In this document: positions 1 through 13,324 of the stretch, piece after piece
Position numbering within the stretch: the first letter of the stretch is position 1
Layout: every line of letters starts with the position of its first letter
Source: Octopus sinensis
Lineage: Eukaryota
Assembly: GCF_006345805.1 (NCBI RefSeq)
Contig: NC_043000.1
Span: 70,060,001-70,124,000, forward strand
Direction: 5' to 3'
DNA length: 64,000 nt
Notes under the pieces: generated by a model
Database searches by the model: none
Told to the model about the DNA's origin: nothing
What the model saw: the letters and a program-made list of their open reading frames with translations, nothing else
Position numbers and translations under genes: made by a program

Positions 1-120
1 ATAGTGAAGTTCCGAGGAGTGAGATGTGATCATTTTCAAGCACTGGAGGTGTTTTGTGTTTCCACCAGTTTTTATCATGGGGCAGCTCTAGGTTGTTTGC
101 AAATTACCCAGTGAATATAT

Positions 121-130
121 TATTATTATA

Positions 131-191
<61 letters not shown>
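121..191. repeat. (ATT)n microsatellite
   Basis: About 23 near-perfect ATT units read directly. Confidence 0.97.
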
Positions 192-192
<1 letters not shown>

Positions 193-260
193 GCAGAGTG
201 ATGGTGTCACGATAAAAATACTGGTGATTTCACAACCTTGCAAACGCTACCTCTAAATGA

Positions 261-715
261 ATGATGTCAAAATTAAATAATAACCACATCTGTGCTAACG
301 GGACTGGAATTGTTAACATTGAAGGTTCCGCGCACGGCAGGCGAAGAGTATCTGATCAAGCTCCAGTAGGTCATCATCAAGCAATTGATCAGGACCAAAA
401 TCGCAGTCAAAAGGACAAAAGAAAAAGAATGAAATGGGAAAAGGATGTAAACAGATAGTAATAGTATGTTGGCTAAGAAGTGAGTGAAATAAAAGAGGCT
501 TCACAAATCGAATGAAGAGAATATGGGATGAAAAAGGAAGTTTTAAAGCATCCACTCGATTAAAGCATAGACTAGATTACGGTAGTAGAGATTGAAGAAA
601 TTCAGAGAAACACAATTAAAAAAGAGCAGAGGGAGAGTGAAACAGCAGTAGCAGAAAGCGGTAATGAAGAGGTAAGAGATGAGGTAGCACGTCCCTCTCC
701 ACCCTCACTTTTCTT
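261..715 (+). mobile_element. 5' fragment of an R4/Dong-type non-LTR retrotransposon ORF (degenerate)
   Basis: Across frameshifts it reads KRMKWEKDVN-IVIVCWLRSE-KRGFTNRMKRIWDEKG...VVEIEEIQR. This matches the R4-clade N-terminal motif (KW..E.N..V..C...S....RG...RM..IW.EKG), also seen at 57.1 kb as HKWTREEY. Confidence 0.7.
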
Positions 716-1975
716 TCCGAGTAGGACTTAAGAAATTCGATGAGAGCTTCACCGAAGAGGAAGGTGTCTTTTATCAATCCTTTCAGCTTCACCTACCACA
801 CAACCTCTTTCGCCATGGTCATTAGACAGAGGAACACCGCATGCCCTCGCTTGCTAAAGGTAGGTGGCGGAACAATTCTTACTATTGATTCAGCCGATAG
901 TCCGATTTTTCTCACATGCGATAACAGCTGTTCAACATGACTCCACAAGTTATCAATACTCGGACACTGCGCAAGTACATGCAGAATGGTTTCATCGTTT
1001 TCGGACAGTCCCGCCTGACAGTGCTTCCGTGCCTGTAGAATCTACCTCGAACTGTCGTTACTCATCGGTAACACTGCCAGACCAGGGATTTCTGGAAGTT
1101 ATCCATGGTAGTAGCGGGCCCAAAAATCCTCCGAAATAGACCAGCTCGTTCATCCTCATCGATGCCTAGAGTTTCATTGAGAACGTCATCGCTCTTAGCC
1201 ACCACTATATTTCTATATATTACTACCGTAGAATTTCCACCGATCATATTGCCCGACTGGCAGAGAGCAGTGAGCGCCTGACGACGTTCTAGATACCAAG
1301 TGTCTAATCTTGGTCTTTTCTTGATCAAGGATTGCAGCTCCATCAAAGAGATCCAGGAAAATCTTAAGTGACGTTGCCGCAACGCGTGTCTGCGCATTGG
1401 CAACCATGGCATGCCAAACCTGCCATCCAGAGAGCACTGGCAACGGATGGACCGCTTGACCTATGGAACGCGTCCTTTCAACAGGAAGCTGAAAGTGGAC
1501 TAGGGTAAGGTACAACGTTCAGCGGTAAGTTGTTGAAGAGGTGGTGTGCGCATTCACCGCCTCTACTCGACTTTTCAGGGATAATATCATCTTGGCCCAT
1601 TTCTGAGTGAGACCGAACACTGCTCGTAGCTTCATTCTTGTTCTTGTCCAGTAGAATTTTGATGATCCGTCTGTCCATCGACCTACTACGCTGTTCGTTG
1701 CTATTGACTCATATTTATTTGCTCCCTTCAGGGTTCCCTAACACCTGTTATTCCCTATTGCTCCTGTCAGATGTCTCTTAATCAATTTACTAACTAGGTC
1801 TCTGTAGTTTTTCGCTCCGGGAAAGACACATTCAACTTCCAGTAGCCGGGACCTGTCTATGAGCCTTATCTAAGGCGACTGTGAAGATCACAAGTATGTA
1901 ATCTGTGTAGACAACCAGTTTGAACTGTGAATAACCTAGTATCTTTGTCAGTTAACTTAACGAATACTCCAAGTA
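715..1975 (-). mobile_element. Tx1/L1-clade ORF2 remnant: end of APE endonuclease joined to the post-RT region and CCHC zinc finger
   Basis: The minus strand gives SYLE...YTDYILV (SDH-like) and GPGYWKLNVS at 1975-1800. It then gives WAKMILSLKSRVE, GRFGMPWLPMRRHAL and ENDETILHVLAQCPSIDNLW (zf-RVT-like) at 1650-850. The RT core is absent. Confidence 0.8.
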
Positions 1976-2488
1976 CGATGTTTTTTATACGCACCCTCTC
2001 TTTTTTTAGGGATGAATTTTTTAAATTCTTTTCATTCTGTTGTTATTTCGGCTTTATGATGTTTTTATGCACTCCATTAACACCTTGTTGTTTTTGTTTA
2101 TCTCGGTAAAAATGACTTTTTTTTCTACTTGAGTGTTTCGTTGTATTCGTTGTTTCTTTTGAGGTGTTTGTTGTTGCTGTGTTTGTGTGTCTTATAATTG
2201 TTGCTGTCTGTGTTTTCTTGTTGTAGGAAATTATTTGGTCGTAGAAAAGATGGTTTTGTGGTTTGTTGTTTTGTTGTTTTTGTGTTGTTTTGGTGAATGT
2301 GCTGGTGTGTAACAATTTGCGGTGTTTTGATAGGTGTCGTCTACGTTTGTGGTTTTTGGGTGGAGTTATCGCCTATTGCTTTTTGCTTTAGGGCCTTTCT
2401 GTTGACGACTTACCACCCTCTAAATTCCACGGTCCACTGTTTTTCTTCGTTATTTGAGAGTTATTCAGCAGGGAAAGATGAGCCAGCT

Positions 2489-2580
2489 TGTGTGTGTGTG
2501 TGTGCGCGCGCCTGTGTGTGTGTGTGCGCGCGCCTGTGTGTGTGTGTGCGCGCGCCTGTGTGTGTGTGTGTGCGCGCGCG
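2489..2580. repeat. (TG)n/(CG)n compound microsatellite
   Basis: Three iterations of TG runs alternating with GCGCGC blocks. Confidence 0.95.
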
Positions 2581-3263
2581 ATCTTGTTTGAAGTTCCTGA
2601 TGCGGGTGTTATAATAATAATATGTAGTAACAACGGTGGTGATGGTAGATGTGGTGCTGCTGCAGTTGTTGTTGCTTCCAGTCTACCTACTGAGCTGATT
2701 GCTTTTGGTAAGTTTATTATTGATTTTCGCCGACTAGGACTTTGTTATCGCTTCTTTTATTGTACAATTTTTGCTAGTAGTAATAAAGGTAGTCAGTTCC
2801 TTTTACGCTTTCTCACTTCCAAAATTTCTTCAGAATGTATGTGTTTGTCAAAAATTTGGCTTCATTGAAAACAACCTAACAGGTGAGGTGAAAAAAAGGT
2901 AAATGAGATGCTAAAGAAAAGCCCTTTCACTGGGTGAACAGAGATGTACCAACGGTTAACCAATAGCAACCCCAGAATCACGTGCCATAAAACTATAATC
3001 ACTAACACGACAAACAACATCGAGAAGAATGTCACCACGAATATCGTCGCCGACACAACACTCCCCGATGATCCTGAGTAACAAACACGTCTCCGGTATC
3101 AGAAATTGTTACAAAATAGACTAAGCAATAAAAGAAGATAAAAGAAGAGGAAACAACAACAATAAAAAGCTCTTCCATCGCAAGTGATATGAACTTTTTG
3201 ATTGCGCTCTTTGTGGAATCCGAGTAATATTATCAACAATATACTGGTGTATGTTTGTAGGTA

Positions 3264-3440
3264 TGCATATGTATGTATGTATGCATGTATGTATGTATGT
3301 ATGTATGTATGTATGTATGTATGTATGTATGTATGTATGTATGTATGTATTTATGTATGTATGTATGTATGTAGATAGGTAGTTAGGTAGCTAGGTAGGT
3401 AGCTAGGTATGTTGATAGGCGGTAGATACGTACGAGCATA
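3264..3440. repeat. (ATGT)n grading into (AGGT)-like repeat
   Basis: Direct reading. Confidence 0.93.
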
Positions 3441-3758
3441 GGTATGTACGTACGTAGGTGCGTATGTACCAACTTCTTAACAGAAAACTTTGCCAAAAGA
3501 ACCTTATTTCTTATCGTCCTGGATATAAAATTCCGACACGAAGGCGAACCACCTTTATTATTACACAGCGTTCTTTTTCGGCAATTTGTTAGCGAGATAT
3601 CATCACATCTTCATTGCGTCATAAATAATTGTAATTGCGTCATTGTCAGTAATATTCTTGTTTAAAAATATTGAATTTGTACTCTACGAAACTATAGAGT
3701 AATCCATCAGATTAATGTAAAATTGTTCTTACTATAACTGAACATAAAGCCAAACATT

Positions 3759-3761
<3 letters not shown>

Positions 3762-3825
<64 letters not shown>

Positions 3826-3974
3826 TGTGTGTGCGTGTGTGTGCGTGTGTGTGTGCATGTGTACGTGTTTGTTTGTGTGTGTGTGTGTGCGTGTGTGTGC
3901 GTGTGTGTGTGCATGTGTACGTGTTTGTTTGTGTGTGTGTGTGTGCATGTGCACGTGTGTGTGTGTGTGTGTGT
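3762..3974. repeat. (TG)n microsatellite with internal higher-order duplication
   Basis: The block gtgcatgtgtacgtgtttgtttgtgtg occurs twice inside the TG array. Confidence 0.95.
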
Positions 3975-6093
3975 AAACTTAATTCCGTTCTCACAGATTG
4001 AGTTTCGTGTCACACTGACAGGCAGTCGGCATTGTTGTTATTTAGTGTTTCTGTTTATTTGAAACCAGCTGAGTTAGGTGTGCCCTGTTGCTGGTGACCT
4101 CTGTTTCTATTGAATGGTCAATCGTATTATTTTTATTATGTTGGCTTTATTAAGGTTTTGCTGTAACTGTTTATTGCCTTAGTTGATTTCTACACCTGTT
4201 CATGATTATTTCTTGTTTTTGTATTAATGTTGTTTTGAAGAAAATCAACATATAATTGTTTTCATAAAATCAATTGAATTTGGAAATACCGCCAAAGGAA
4301 CGATGTAAAATTCCCTTTGATTCTGAAACAACAATTAATCATTTAATCAAAAACAGCGAAAGTATAAAAATAAAATATGAATATATGCAACCAAGAGAAT
4401 TACAAAAACCGTTACCCCTTAGTAGTGAACAGAGCATCACAGCAAAACAGCATAAGAACTATCCAATTAAGTAGACAGCAACAAACTGAGAGGCTATAAA
4501 AAAGAAAAACAACATAACAAAAAGGACAATTTTTCTTTGGAGTGTCAAGTAATTGTCATATAGAGTTATCTCGTTTTCTACACGCTAATGCAATTTAATA
4601 TTTTCTACGATTCAAAGTAGATATAAATGGTTTCTAAGATGTAATTTGCGCCGTAATAAATAATATATAAACTATATATTAAACCTGTTTTCATTATGAA
4701 TATGCATATAGTATATGATTGATTGAATTCTGGTTTCTAAAGATGAGATCAAGTTATACTTTTTTTCTCCGTTTTTCATGAAATACAATATGGTGAACAA
4801 ATTCGCCTCAAAGTCATTAAGTTCAGTTGAACTTTATTGATAGATATTTGAAGAACAACTGAAACGGATTTGACTTTCTTCTTAAAAGCTAATGAGTAAT
4901 AATTAAAACGGAAAATATTTGTGTATTATTAATGTTTGATAAATGAGGATATCAATAGATTTCCTATTCAATGACTTTTAACATTATTATTTACAAAATT
5001 ATGTTTTGCTGAAATTAAAACTAATGTTGATGATAGCTTTGACAATTTCTATGCTATTAATGACAGTTATGAATATGATGGTGCGAACCGAAGATTTAGA
5101 TATAAACACGAATATGGAGATATTAGATTAACAAATACGCTTCATTCTCTGCAAAATGGTCCACATAATTTCCTTTAGTTTTCTCATTTAACGTTAATTG
5201 TAATTCTAACAGTTGCTAGCAACTTGATGGCTTAAACTCCAATTATCTACAATATAGTCAGTGACCCAGTTTGTGATTAAATTTATTTCATAGAAGCAGG
5301 GAAGTTAAGAGTCTGCTTACACTGCGCCGTACCACATGATTTGTAATTAAGAAAATATTACTATTATTGTTGTTGTTGTTGTTAGAAAGCAATTGAAATG
5401 CAGGACAAACAGTTTCAGCAGTTTCTGATTTCACTTTACACTGTTTGTCCGAGGAAAGGAGACAGTAAGTAGTATGCCTTTAACATTTACCATTGGCAAC
5501 AAGGTAGCTTCTGCGTAGTCATATGACCAACAAAAAATAGTTTGGATATTTTCATCAGTTTAATTTGTGTGAATTTTATTTTGGTCAACCTAAATGCGTT
5601 ATTAAATTTTATCCCGTTGCTATTGTATTTGGATAAAGAGATATGAATGCTTGAAAAAGGTCGTTGTGTAAGATATTTAAATAAGTATTAGTTCGATTTT
5701 CGGTGATTTATAACAATGCAAGCTTGTTCTCAAGTTTATTTCTTTGTTAACACAACTCTGTTAAGCATTAAGTAAAGCTTGTACCAATTTCTACTATATT
5801 ATGAAATATAGCTCCTACAAACGCATTCCACACAAACTCAATAATCCAACTCTTCAATGTATACAGCATCAACGTCATTCCCATTCCGTGACTAATTAAC
5901 AGAAATCAGACTATATAAGAAAGCAGTGATTTTCATTTATTGTAGCTTTCAATGACAATTCTAATTTTAAAAGAAAGCTTTTAAGTTTTTCTTTATGACT
6001 CATACCCCTAATTGCTAAGATTAAATAATTTAGTCGTTTCTTGTATCGCATCCGTAATTCTTACATTAAATATGTTAGCACTAACTTAACTGC

Positions 6094-6297
6094 TCATCAT
6101 CATCATTGTTCGACCGTGGTCGAGACAATGGAATTTACCATGTTGCGCCAGACTTCATGGTCCATCATAGCATTACGGAGGTCCCGTTGCTGGATGCCTG
6201 TATCCCTGGAGATTACATCAGGTAGGAGAGTGTGCGCCCTCTGGTGTTGCGAGTAGATGGCTTCCAGAGGAGAAGAGTAGAAATTACTTCTTTTCTT
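6094..6297 (-). mobile_element. 3' end of an RTE-clade LINE with (TGA)n tail
   Basis: The minus strand reads EVISTLLLWKPSTRNTRGRTLSYPDVISRDTG...AMMDHEVWRNMV...VEQ*, followed directly by TGATGATGA. This is a typical RTE C-terminus. Confidence 0.8.
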
Positions 6298-7049
6298 AAC
6301 TGCTACTGTTCTGCACTGCTATAGTGCCTATGTTCCTCGGAACTAGCTACTCCTGTATTACAATCCCCCAGATCCATCTGATTCACTTGACTCTCTTTCT
6401 CTTGTCACATTGTTCCTTCCTGACTCATTTCAAGTTTCCTAGGCAAATGTGAGTTCAGTCTTGTATATTTACTTAGTGATTCATTCGTTACTACTTTGAC
6501 ATGTACTGAGTAAGATAGACTTTACTGGTGAGGTCAGGAAAATACAGAAAATTTCCCAGATTTCTCACATGCACTTGCCGGGAAAACGAAGATATTAGCC
6601 ATTGGCTGATTAAGTTTAAGTCTTGCTTGCTGCGTATATAGCTTTGGTTAGTTTTATAACACTCCATGCTTTAAATACATTAACACTAACTTACCTTTCG
6701 CTTATACATAGTCGTTGCATCAAGGCGTAATGGCATCATGATATCAGTAACCAAATGACTTTCGTGGGCGTTAATTACTATCAGATGTGCAACATTGAGT
6801 TCTAAATATTTTCTTAATAGAATACCAAATATTTCAATCAAGTGAGCTTACTACTCTCTCCAAACTTTAATCATATTTCTTTAATCAATGAAGCACCTAT
6901 TGAACAGACCATTAACTCCCATATCTCACAAATTGTCAAGCAACTACACGCTTCAAATAAAGCAATAAACTAACGTTTAATATTCTTTAGAAACATATAT
7001 TATATTATATTATATTATATTATATAACTTTTGTTTACCACCCTCCCTT

Positions 7050-7560
7050 CCAGACGCACAAATACGAAGATATGCTGCTTTCCCGACTTTAGCAAGTCTC
7101 TGCATTCATTTAAGCAGCGAAAGAATGGCTATGGAAGTCAAACCTTATCCTTTCTAGTTTTCATTATTCTCTTTTTTGGTGGTACAGACTACACAAAGGA
7201 GTTCTACCCATCACCATCGAAGGGCCTCCGTGACATGCGAGGTTTATACAGTTAAAAATCTGGAAATGTAGACTTGGGAATTTTTGGAACAAAAGGATTG
7301 AGCCCAGCAGTTGATGTAAGATTTAGAGGGAACAGCCATTAATTTGACAAATATGAGGAGGGGAGTTGAGCGAGTCGAGCGGACCCACTACAATAGAGAC
7401 CTATGTTCCTTGGAACTTAGGCCTCTAAAGCAGTGGAGAAAGGCAAATTAAGAAGTCATCACAACTCTGAGTTAGATGTTCAAGCGTGTTAGGAGATGAA
7501 TCACTTAGGGGCCGTTTTTGAACGCGGTCTAGAAGCCGGTATTATAACAACAGTACTGAT
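7050..7560 (-). mobile_element. 3' fragment of a CR1/L2-group LINE (degenerate)
   Basis: LLDRVQKR and VRSTRS motifs of the post-RT region; it resembles the 29.8-31.2 kb remnant. Confidence 0.55.
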
Positions 7561-7635
7561 TTAGATATGAAAACAATATTTCATTCCTGACCACATTTGA
7601 GCCTTGTGGAGAGTCAACAATATTTAGAAGCTGAT

Positions 7636-7850
7636 AAGGCAGCGAACTGGCAGAATCGTTAGCACGCCGGACAAAAGGCTTAGTGGCACTTCTCTACGTT
7701 CTGGGTTCAAATTCTGCCAAGACCGACTTTGCGTTTCATCCTTGTGGGGTTGATAAAATAAATGCCAGTTGAGCATTCCAGTCGATGTAATCGACTTACC
7801 TCCTTTTCCGAAATTACTGGCCTTGTACCAACGTTTGAAACCAATATTTA
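7636..7850 (+). mobile_element. tRNA-derived SINE with Meta-domain-like core
   Basis: Head with an A-box-like tggcagaatcg and B-box gggttcaaattc, core gactttgcgtttcatccttgtggggttgataaaataaatgccag, tail tttgaaaccaatatt. The Meta assignment is from memory. Confidence 0.8.
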
Positions 7851-10264
7851 AAAACTGAAGTATTTTCCGATTCAAAAAGGAAAAGTGCTTTATTTGTAGT
7901 AACTGTAGCAATAACCATTTTAGCAATTTTGAAATGTGACGCGAATTGGCAATATGACGTAATGTCGTATTGCCGAAGAATTATCATTTTCGTTTTTTTC
8001 CATTGGTTAATATAACTGCTCATATTCTAGAAGTTTCGAAAAGAATATCTGTCATGGATTTCGATTCTTTTTAGTCAAGTTGAGCAGTTATAAAAAACCC
8101 TGGATTTTGGAAAATATTTCAGTGTTCGTTGGTGTCACATAACTCCACGTCACTCACTCTTTTGGATACATCGTTAAATTTTTATGCCATGTCTAAGTTA
8201 ATCACAAATCTATTTTGGTTTGTTGGTTAATGTATTAGATAGAAAGAAGAAATTAGCTAAGGAATTTATAGTCGTTCTTCTTCACGACTAAGTTATCTTT
8301 CTTCTTGTAAATAATATAAAATGTTATATTTATATAATAAAAATAATTAAAAGGAAATGTTTCTCTTCACGTTTGTTTTTCAACTGAGCATAGATAAATA
8401 TGCATTTCTGTAATCTTTGATTTATGTTTCTTATAGCGGTTTAAAGGACACGATTAAAATATTCAACATACATTGTCGTTAATGTAGCGTTCCATGCGTA
8501 TATGTCTCTATGACTGTAGTTAGGGTTTTTAGGTATAATGATAACACTTGAGTATAAGTGACGTTGAATCATTATATTCTCCCTTACTCAGAGAAAAGAC
8601 AAAATAAATAATATAACCTAAGAGAAAGCTTAAGGTAGAATAACCGAAAACCGCTGTTGGAAATAACATTGCTACAGCTACTACTTGAGTGTTGTCCATG
8701 ATTAGGTTGCTGCCGATTATGTTGTAGGAGAAATGATTATGCTGTTTATAGAAAAATTCGTCGATCTGATCATTAGGTGTATGTGAAAACTATATAAGAC
8801 AAACGAAGAACAGTCTTAAAATTCGATATGCACAGTATACACCATCATTCAAATCTAGGTATGAACTAGATTTCACTGCCTTATCCTTGTATATCTGGAA
8901 ATTGATGTAAAATTGACATTAAGATGTCATAACCACAAAACGAAACTCAAATGTGCAAAATATGTACTTTAACCCGAGTGAGATTTTCAACATTCAAATG
9001 AGTCTATGGAAATTTTGTGCATTGTAAAAGATCTAACTAAAGAGAAATAGTGGAGATAGTGATTTGTTCTGCAGTGGAAATTTGTCTCTTCATTAGTCAT
9101 GTAAACAAAGGCGGATGAGAAGCAGGGAAGTGAGTGCGTAACACATCACCATTAAATATAGAAACTCTGCTTCATAACTTCCGTAATATTTATTGTTACG
9201 TTTCGTTTTGTTTTGCATTTTTAACACTCAGTATATAAGAGAAATGCAACAAAGTGTTTTTGCATTGTAAGAAAAATATTCTTAATTTTACATAATTCGT
9301 TCCCAGCATATTATTTAAATAGATATACAGAATCAATGTTAAATTAAATATTAATGCTGGAAAGAATGAAACAGTTTCACTTTCACAGGACATTGAAGGT
9401 CGCTGTAACATTTACGTATGAAATGATTATACGTAAGACATGTATTATACATTATAGGTGATTTATAGGCATGTATTTTCAAAGAAATAAAGCAGTTATA
9501 ATTATGCATTATCTCTCTATTATATTTCACTATATATTGAGTAAATATAAAATTCTGACATAATAATTACAAGACATCTTAGTTGTGTGTGTGCGCGCAC
9601 GTGTGTGTGTTTATTCCAAAGAACTAAGCTTCAATTATTTTGCACTTTTGCTTCCTTTCTCATTACATCAAATATGCCTGTTTTAATAGAGATTCAATAA
9701 ATGCATTTATAAAAGGTACTTTATAGATAAAGAAACCTGTACGCTATATTTACAAAACAAAAGAAATATTGACTTTAATGCAATCTAGATATATTGTGAT
9801 AAATAAGGTTAAATAAAATGGCCAACTGAATAAGATATTGAATAACTGGTTCTGAGATTTTGACGTAATACCAGGATTGCACTTCCACTTCTAATGAGCT
9901 TCCTTAATTTAACTTTTCAGTCGCCTGCAATGTTTTTTCTAATACTAGTTAGCTCTAGTATTAGAGCTGATTAGGAGACTTAGCTTTAATATTAAACAAG
10001 TTCCTGTTTATTCCTCTACTTCTATTCGAGTGTTTTCTATTTTACTTGATTCAGTCACTGAAATTCAACCATACTGGAACACTGCCTCAAAGGGTTTAGT
10101 TGAACAAATCAACACCCAGTGCTTATTTTTCAAAAGCCTGGTACTTATCTTATTGATATATTTTGCCGATGTGCTAATTTACGCGTGTGTAAACAAACCG
10201 ACCCCGATTCTCAAGTACTGGTGGGGGAAAACATAAACACAGAGATACACAGACACACACACAC

Positions 10265-10407
10265 ATACGGCGGGCTTCTGTAAATTTTCGTTTACCAAAT
10301 CAATTCACATGTCTTTGGTCGGCGCAGAGTACCATGAATTGGGACCGAACCCGGAAGCACGTGGTTAGGAAGCGGATTTCTTACAACATAGCCACGCCTA
10401 CGCCTAT
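10265..10407 (-). mobile_element. tRNA-derived SINE, head fragment with internal deletion
   Basis: Homologous to 44515-44645 (tacgacgggc...ccaaat...cacaaggctttggtcggc...gggactgaaccc...tggtt). Confidence 0.75.
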
Positions 10408-10926
10408 CTACATAGCCACATCAGGTTATAAATATTTTGCTTCTTTCAGCGTAGAGTCGAAATGGCGAAGCGGATAAATTTCTGCACCAACTCTAAGCGC
10501 AACATATACTTTTCGTTATTTCATACGAGATTATTATGAAATGAAAGAAACAGCAGAATATCAGTAAAACATACATATCATACACTGACATTATGTTCAT
10601 CTTCAGATGAATTTCAAGTAGAGCACATAACTTTTTAAAAAATAGTTGTTGAACATCAGCTTTGTTAAAACTACTTCATATATATATAAATTAATAAATA
10701 AATAAAACATATGCATATATACATACATATATGTACGTACCTACCTCTACATGTATATATACATGCATATATGGGTACAGGACACCAAAAAAACGTCGAA
10801 CACAATGAGAAACGAAAACATAAACACAAAACCAAGGAAATGGACATTTTTCTTAAGCAACGAAAAAATAGAGTACAGGACATACAAAACAAGGAAAATT
10901 CCCCTTCTTCAGTCGCCTTTGTTTCA

Positions 10927-10986
10927 TGTATGTATGTATGTATGTATGTATGTATGTATGTATGTATGTATGTATGTATGTATGTA
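10927..10986. repeat. (ATGT)n microsatellite
   Basis: About 15 units. Confidence 0.96.
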
Positions 10987-11414
10987 TAAAATCAAAATAA
11001 GCAACAGGATATCAAGTAGTGATGCAGTATGACCGTTTCAGGCGGCTCCATTAAATTGAACAATGCAATTATTACATCAATTTAAATGCAGTGCCATCTT
11101 CAGCTGCCCAAATAAATAAATAGAATTTTAACCAAGAGGACACATTAATATAATTTTTCTCAAATATTTTAAGAGAGCAAGAAAATAGAAGAATTTCATG
11201 TTGTCACTATTGTAGCTAAGAATAGGATACACAAGACGCAACGAAAATTTTAGGAAAATAAAAATAAGAAATAAGTGGAAATTCTACCAGTGAGTGTGTT
11301 AAATTATAAGGTACAAAAAGAAAATGACTCTCCCCAGACACAACAGAATATGTTTCAACACACGAACACGCATAAAGAATCTTGCAAACCAAATCCAAAA
11401 ACGAATTATATTGA

Positions 11415-11418
<4 letters not shown>

Positions 11419-11467
<49 letters not shown>
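11419..11467. repeat. (AT)n microsatellite
   Basis: Direct reading. Confidence 0.96.
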
Positions 11468-11469
<2 letters not shown>

Positions 11470-12054
11470 CTGGCCATTTTTATTTTTTATTCTGCCACAC
11501 GATGACCGAGACGCAAAGCTAAGAACATTTTTCTCTTTCTTCTCCCTCTTTATTCCACTCCTAATATCCTAAATGTTTTCAGTACTGACAGCTTGCTGTC
11601 GTGTTTTAAATGCTCTCATCGCCGACAACCTGTTAGTTTTTAGCTCCATCTCTAAGAATTTCGTTAAGTAAATTACTCGCTTCTACCCCCTCTGCATAAA
11701 TTCTGACCATCGTCCCTTAATTCCGACCGACCTTGTTCGCTCTGCGCCCGCCCAAACCCACCCCCACCACCAATACCGGATATCTCTCTATTCTCTCCCC
11801 TTCCCACCCTCTCTTATCTTCCCTCCCTTGTCCCTATGAAACGAAGCGAAGCAAAATGCTGCTCCTGCTGCTGTTGCTGCTGCCATAACTACTGCTGATA
11901 GTGATATTGCTGCTGCTGCTACAACTGCTGCTGCTGCTGATGATGATGAATATTAGTGGTTGAAAATAAACATATAAAATAAACGTAGGCAAAAGAATAA
12001 AAAATCTAATAATAAGTTAACATTACTTGAAAAGGTAGTGGGTAGCGAACTTCT

Positions 12055-13110
12055 TCACTACTTCAGGAAGTGACGACCCTACCTGACACGAGTTCCGGGC
12101 TCAGCTGGCTCCGGCTGACAGTACCTGGTATGGGCCCCTATCCAGGGTTACGGAAAGGAGACAACCTTCAAAGAAATCAGGAGTGGAGCCCCGAAGGCGG
12201 TCTAGTGTTCGACTCGACACTCTTCCGGCAGCTCCTGCAACCAAGCTGGTGCCAAACGTAATGCACTGCACTCCACTGGACTACATCAGCAAGGTCGAGA
12301 GAGGAAACCTGACGATTGGGCTACCCAGGACTTTCTTATCTATAGCCCAGGCCTGCGCAAAACTGGAGAGGACACTTCAGTGCTGCAGTAAAAAGCTGCA
12401 GAAACAACACGGGAGGTAACAGTCACGAGTGATAAGTCCATTCAGATTGGCGTAAAATATGGGCGCTACGGGTTACCTCTGACGGTGGGAGGGACCTCCG
12501 TGTCCTATTGGTTAGCTACTGCCCACCTCAAGCTGGGCAGCCCCCAGTTAATAAGGTGCTGACCCTCCACAGTCCGCCTGCTCCATTGGGTGCTTGGAGC
12601 TAAGAGTATGACTCGAAAAGCGGCCTGCAATCTCTGCACCAGGCAAGCAACTAAAAGTCAAGAAAACACCAGTTGCGGTTGGCAAGCTGGAATGTCAGGA
12701 CCATGTGTCCTGGAATATCTGATGATCTTCTCAGGATTGAAGACACAAGGAAAACGGCCATCATTGACCGTGAACTAAAGAGGCTCAACATAGATATTGC
12801 TGGGCTGCAGGAGACAAGACTTCCCTCAAACGGCAAACTAAAAGAGCAGGATTTCACCTTCTTTTGGCAGGGAAGCGATCCAGAAGAACCTCGTCAACAT
12901 GGGGTTGGTTTTGCAGTGAGAAACTCACTACTCTCCTCAATAGAACCACCATCAGGAGGCACTGAGCGTATCCTCTCACTGCGCCTCTCGACTTCTTCTG
13001 GCTCAGTACATCTACTCAGCATCTATGCTCCCACTCTCTACAGCTCAGAGGAGACCAAGGACCAGTTCTACAAAGATCTCAACTGTGTCATAGAAAATAT
13101 ACCTGCAAGG
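12055..13110 (+). mobile_element. 5' part of an RTE-clade LINE: GC-rich 5' UTR plus N-terminal APE endonuclease, 3'-truncated
   Basis: ORF 12673-13113 reads LASWNVRTM, DIAGLQETR, HGVGFAVRN, ERILSLRL, SIYAPT and KDQFY, all APE motifs typical of RTE/BovB-like elements. It stops abruptly at ~13110. Confidence 0.92.
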
Positions 13111-13236
13111 TGAAACACTCTAAGTAATAATTTATGAAGTCATTTCAGCGTCAATGAAATATTTCACTCTTCCTTTGATATTCGAGTACTATTTTCTCCA
13201 CGTTCTTTGCATCATCAATGTACTCACATGTACGTG

Positions 13237-13319
<83 letters not shown>

Positions 13320-13324
<5 letters not shown>

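Noticed and set aside
1990-3100. A/C-rich minus-strand ORFs as possible ORF1 of the adjacent Tx1 copy
   Set aside because: Position is suggestive, but no zinc knuckle or similarity to the 45-kb ORF1 was seen.
3707-4062. Many poly-(HT), (CV), (YI), (K/E/R) ORFs here and at 17-19, 28-29, 35-36, 44, 47-49, 51-52 and 59-62 kb
   Set aside because: They are translations of microsatellites.
5398-5470. ATG-initiated block MQDKQFQQFLISLYTVCPRKGD ending at GTAAGT
   Set aside because: An isolated donor with no supporting neighbouring exons; expected by chance.
12055-12670. HDV-like ribozyme expected in some RTE 5' UTRs
   Set aside because: Several hairpins are visible, but I could not assemble the nested double pseudoknot by eye. 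An RNArobo/Infernal search would settle it.
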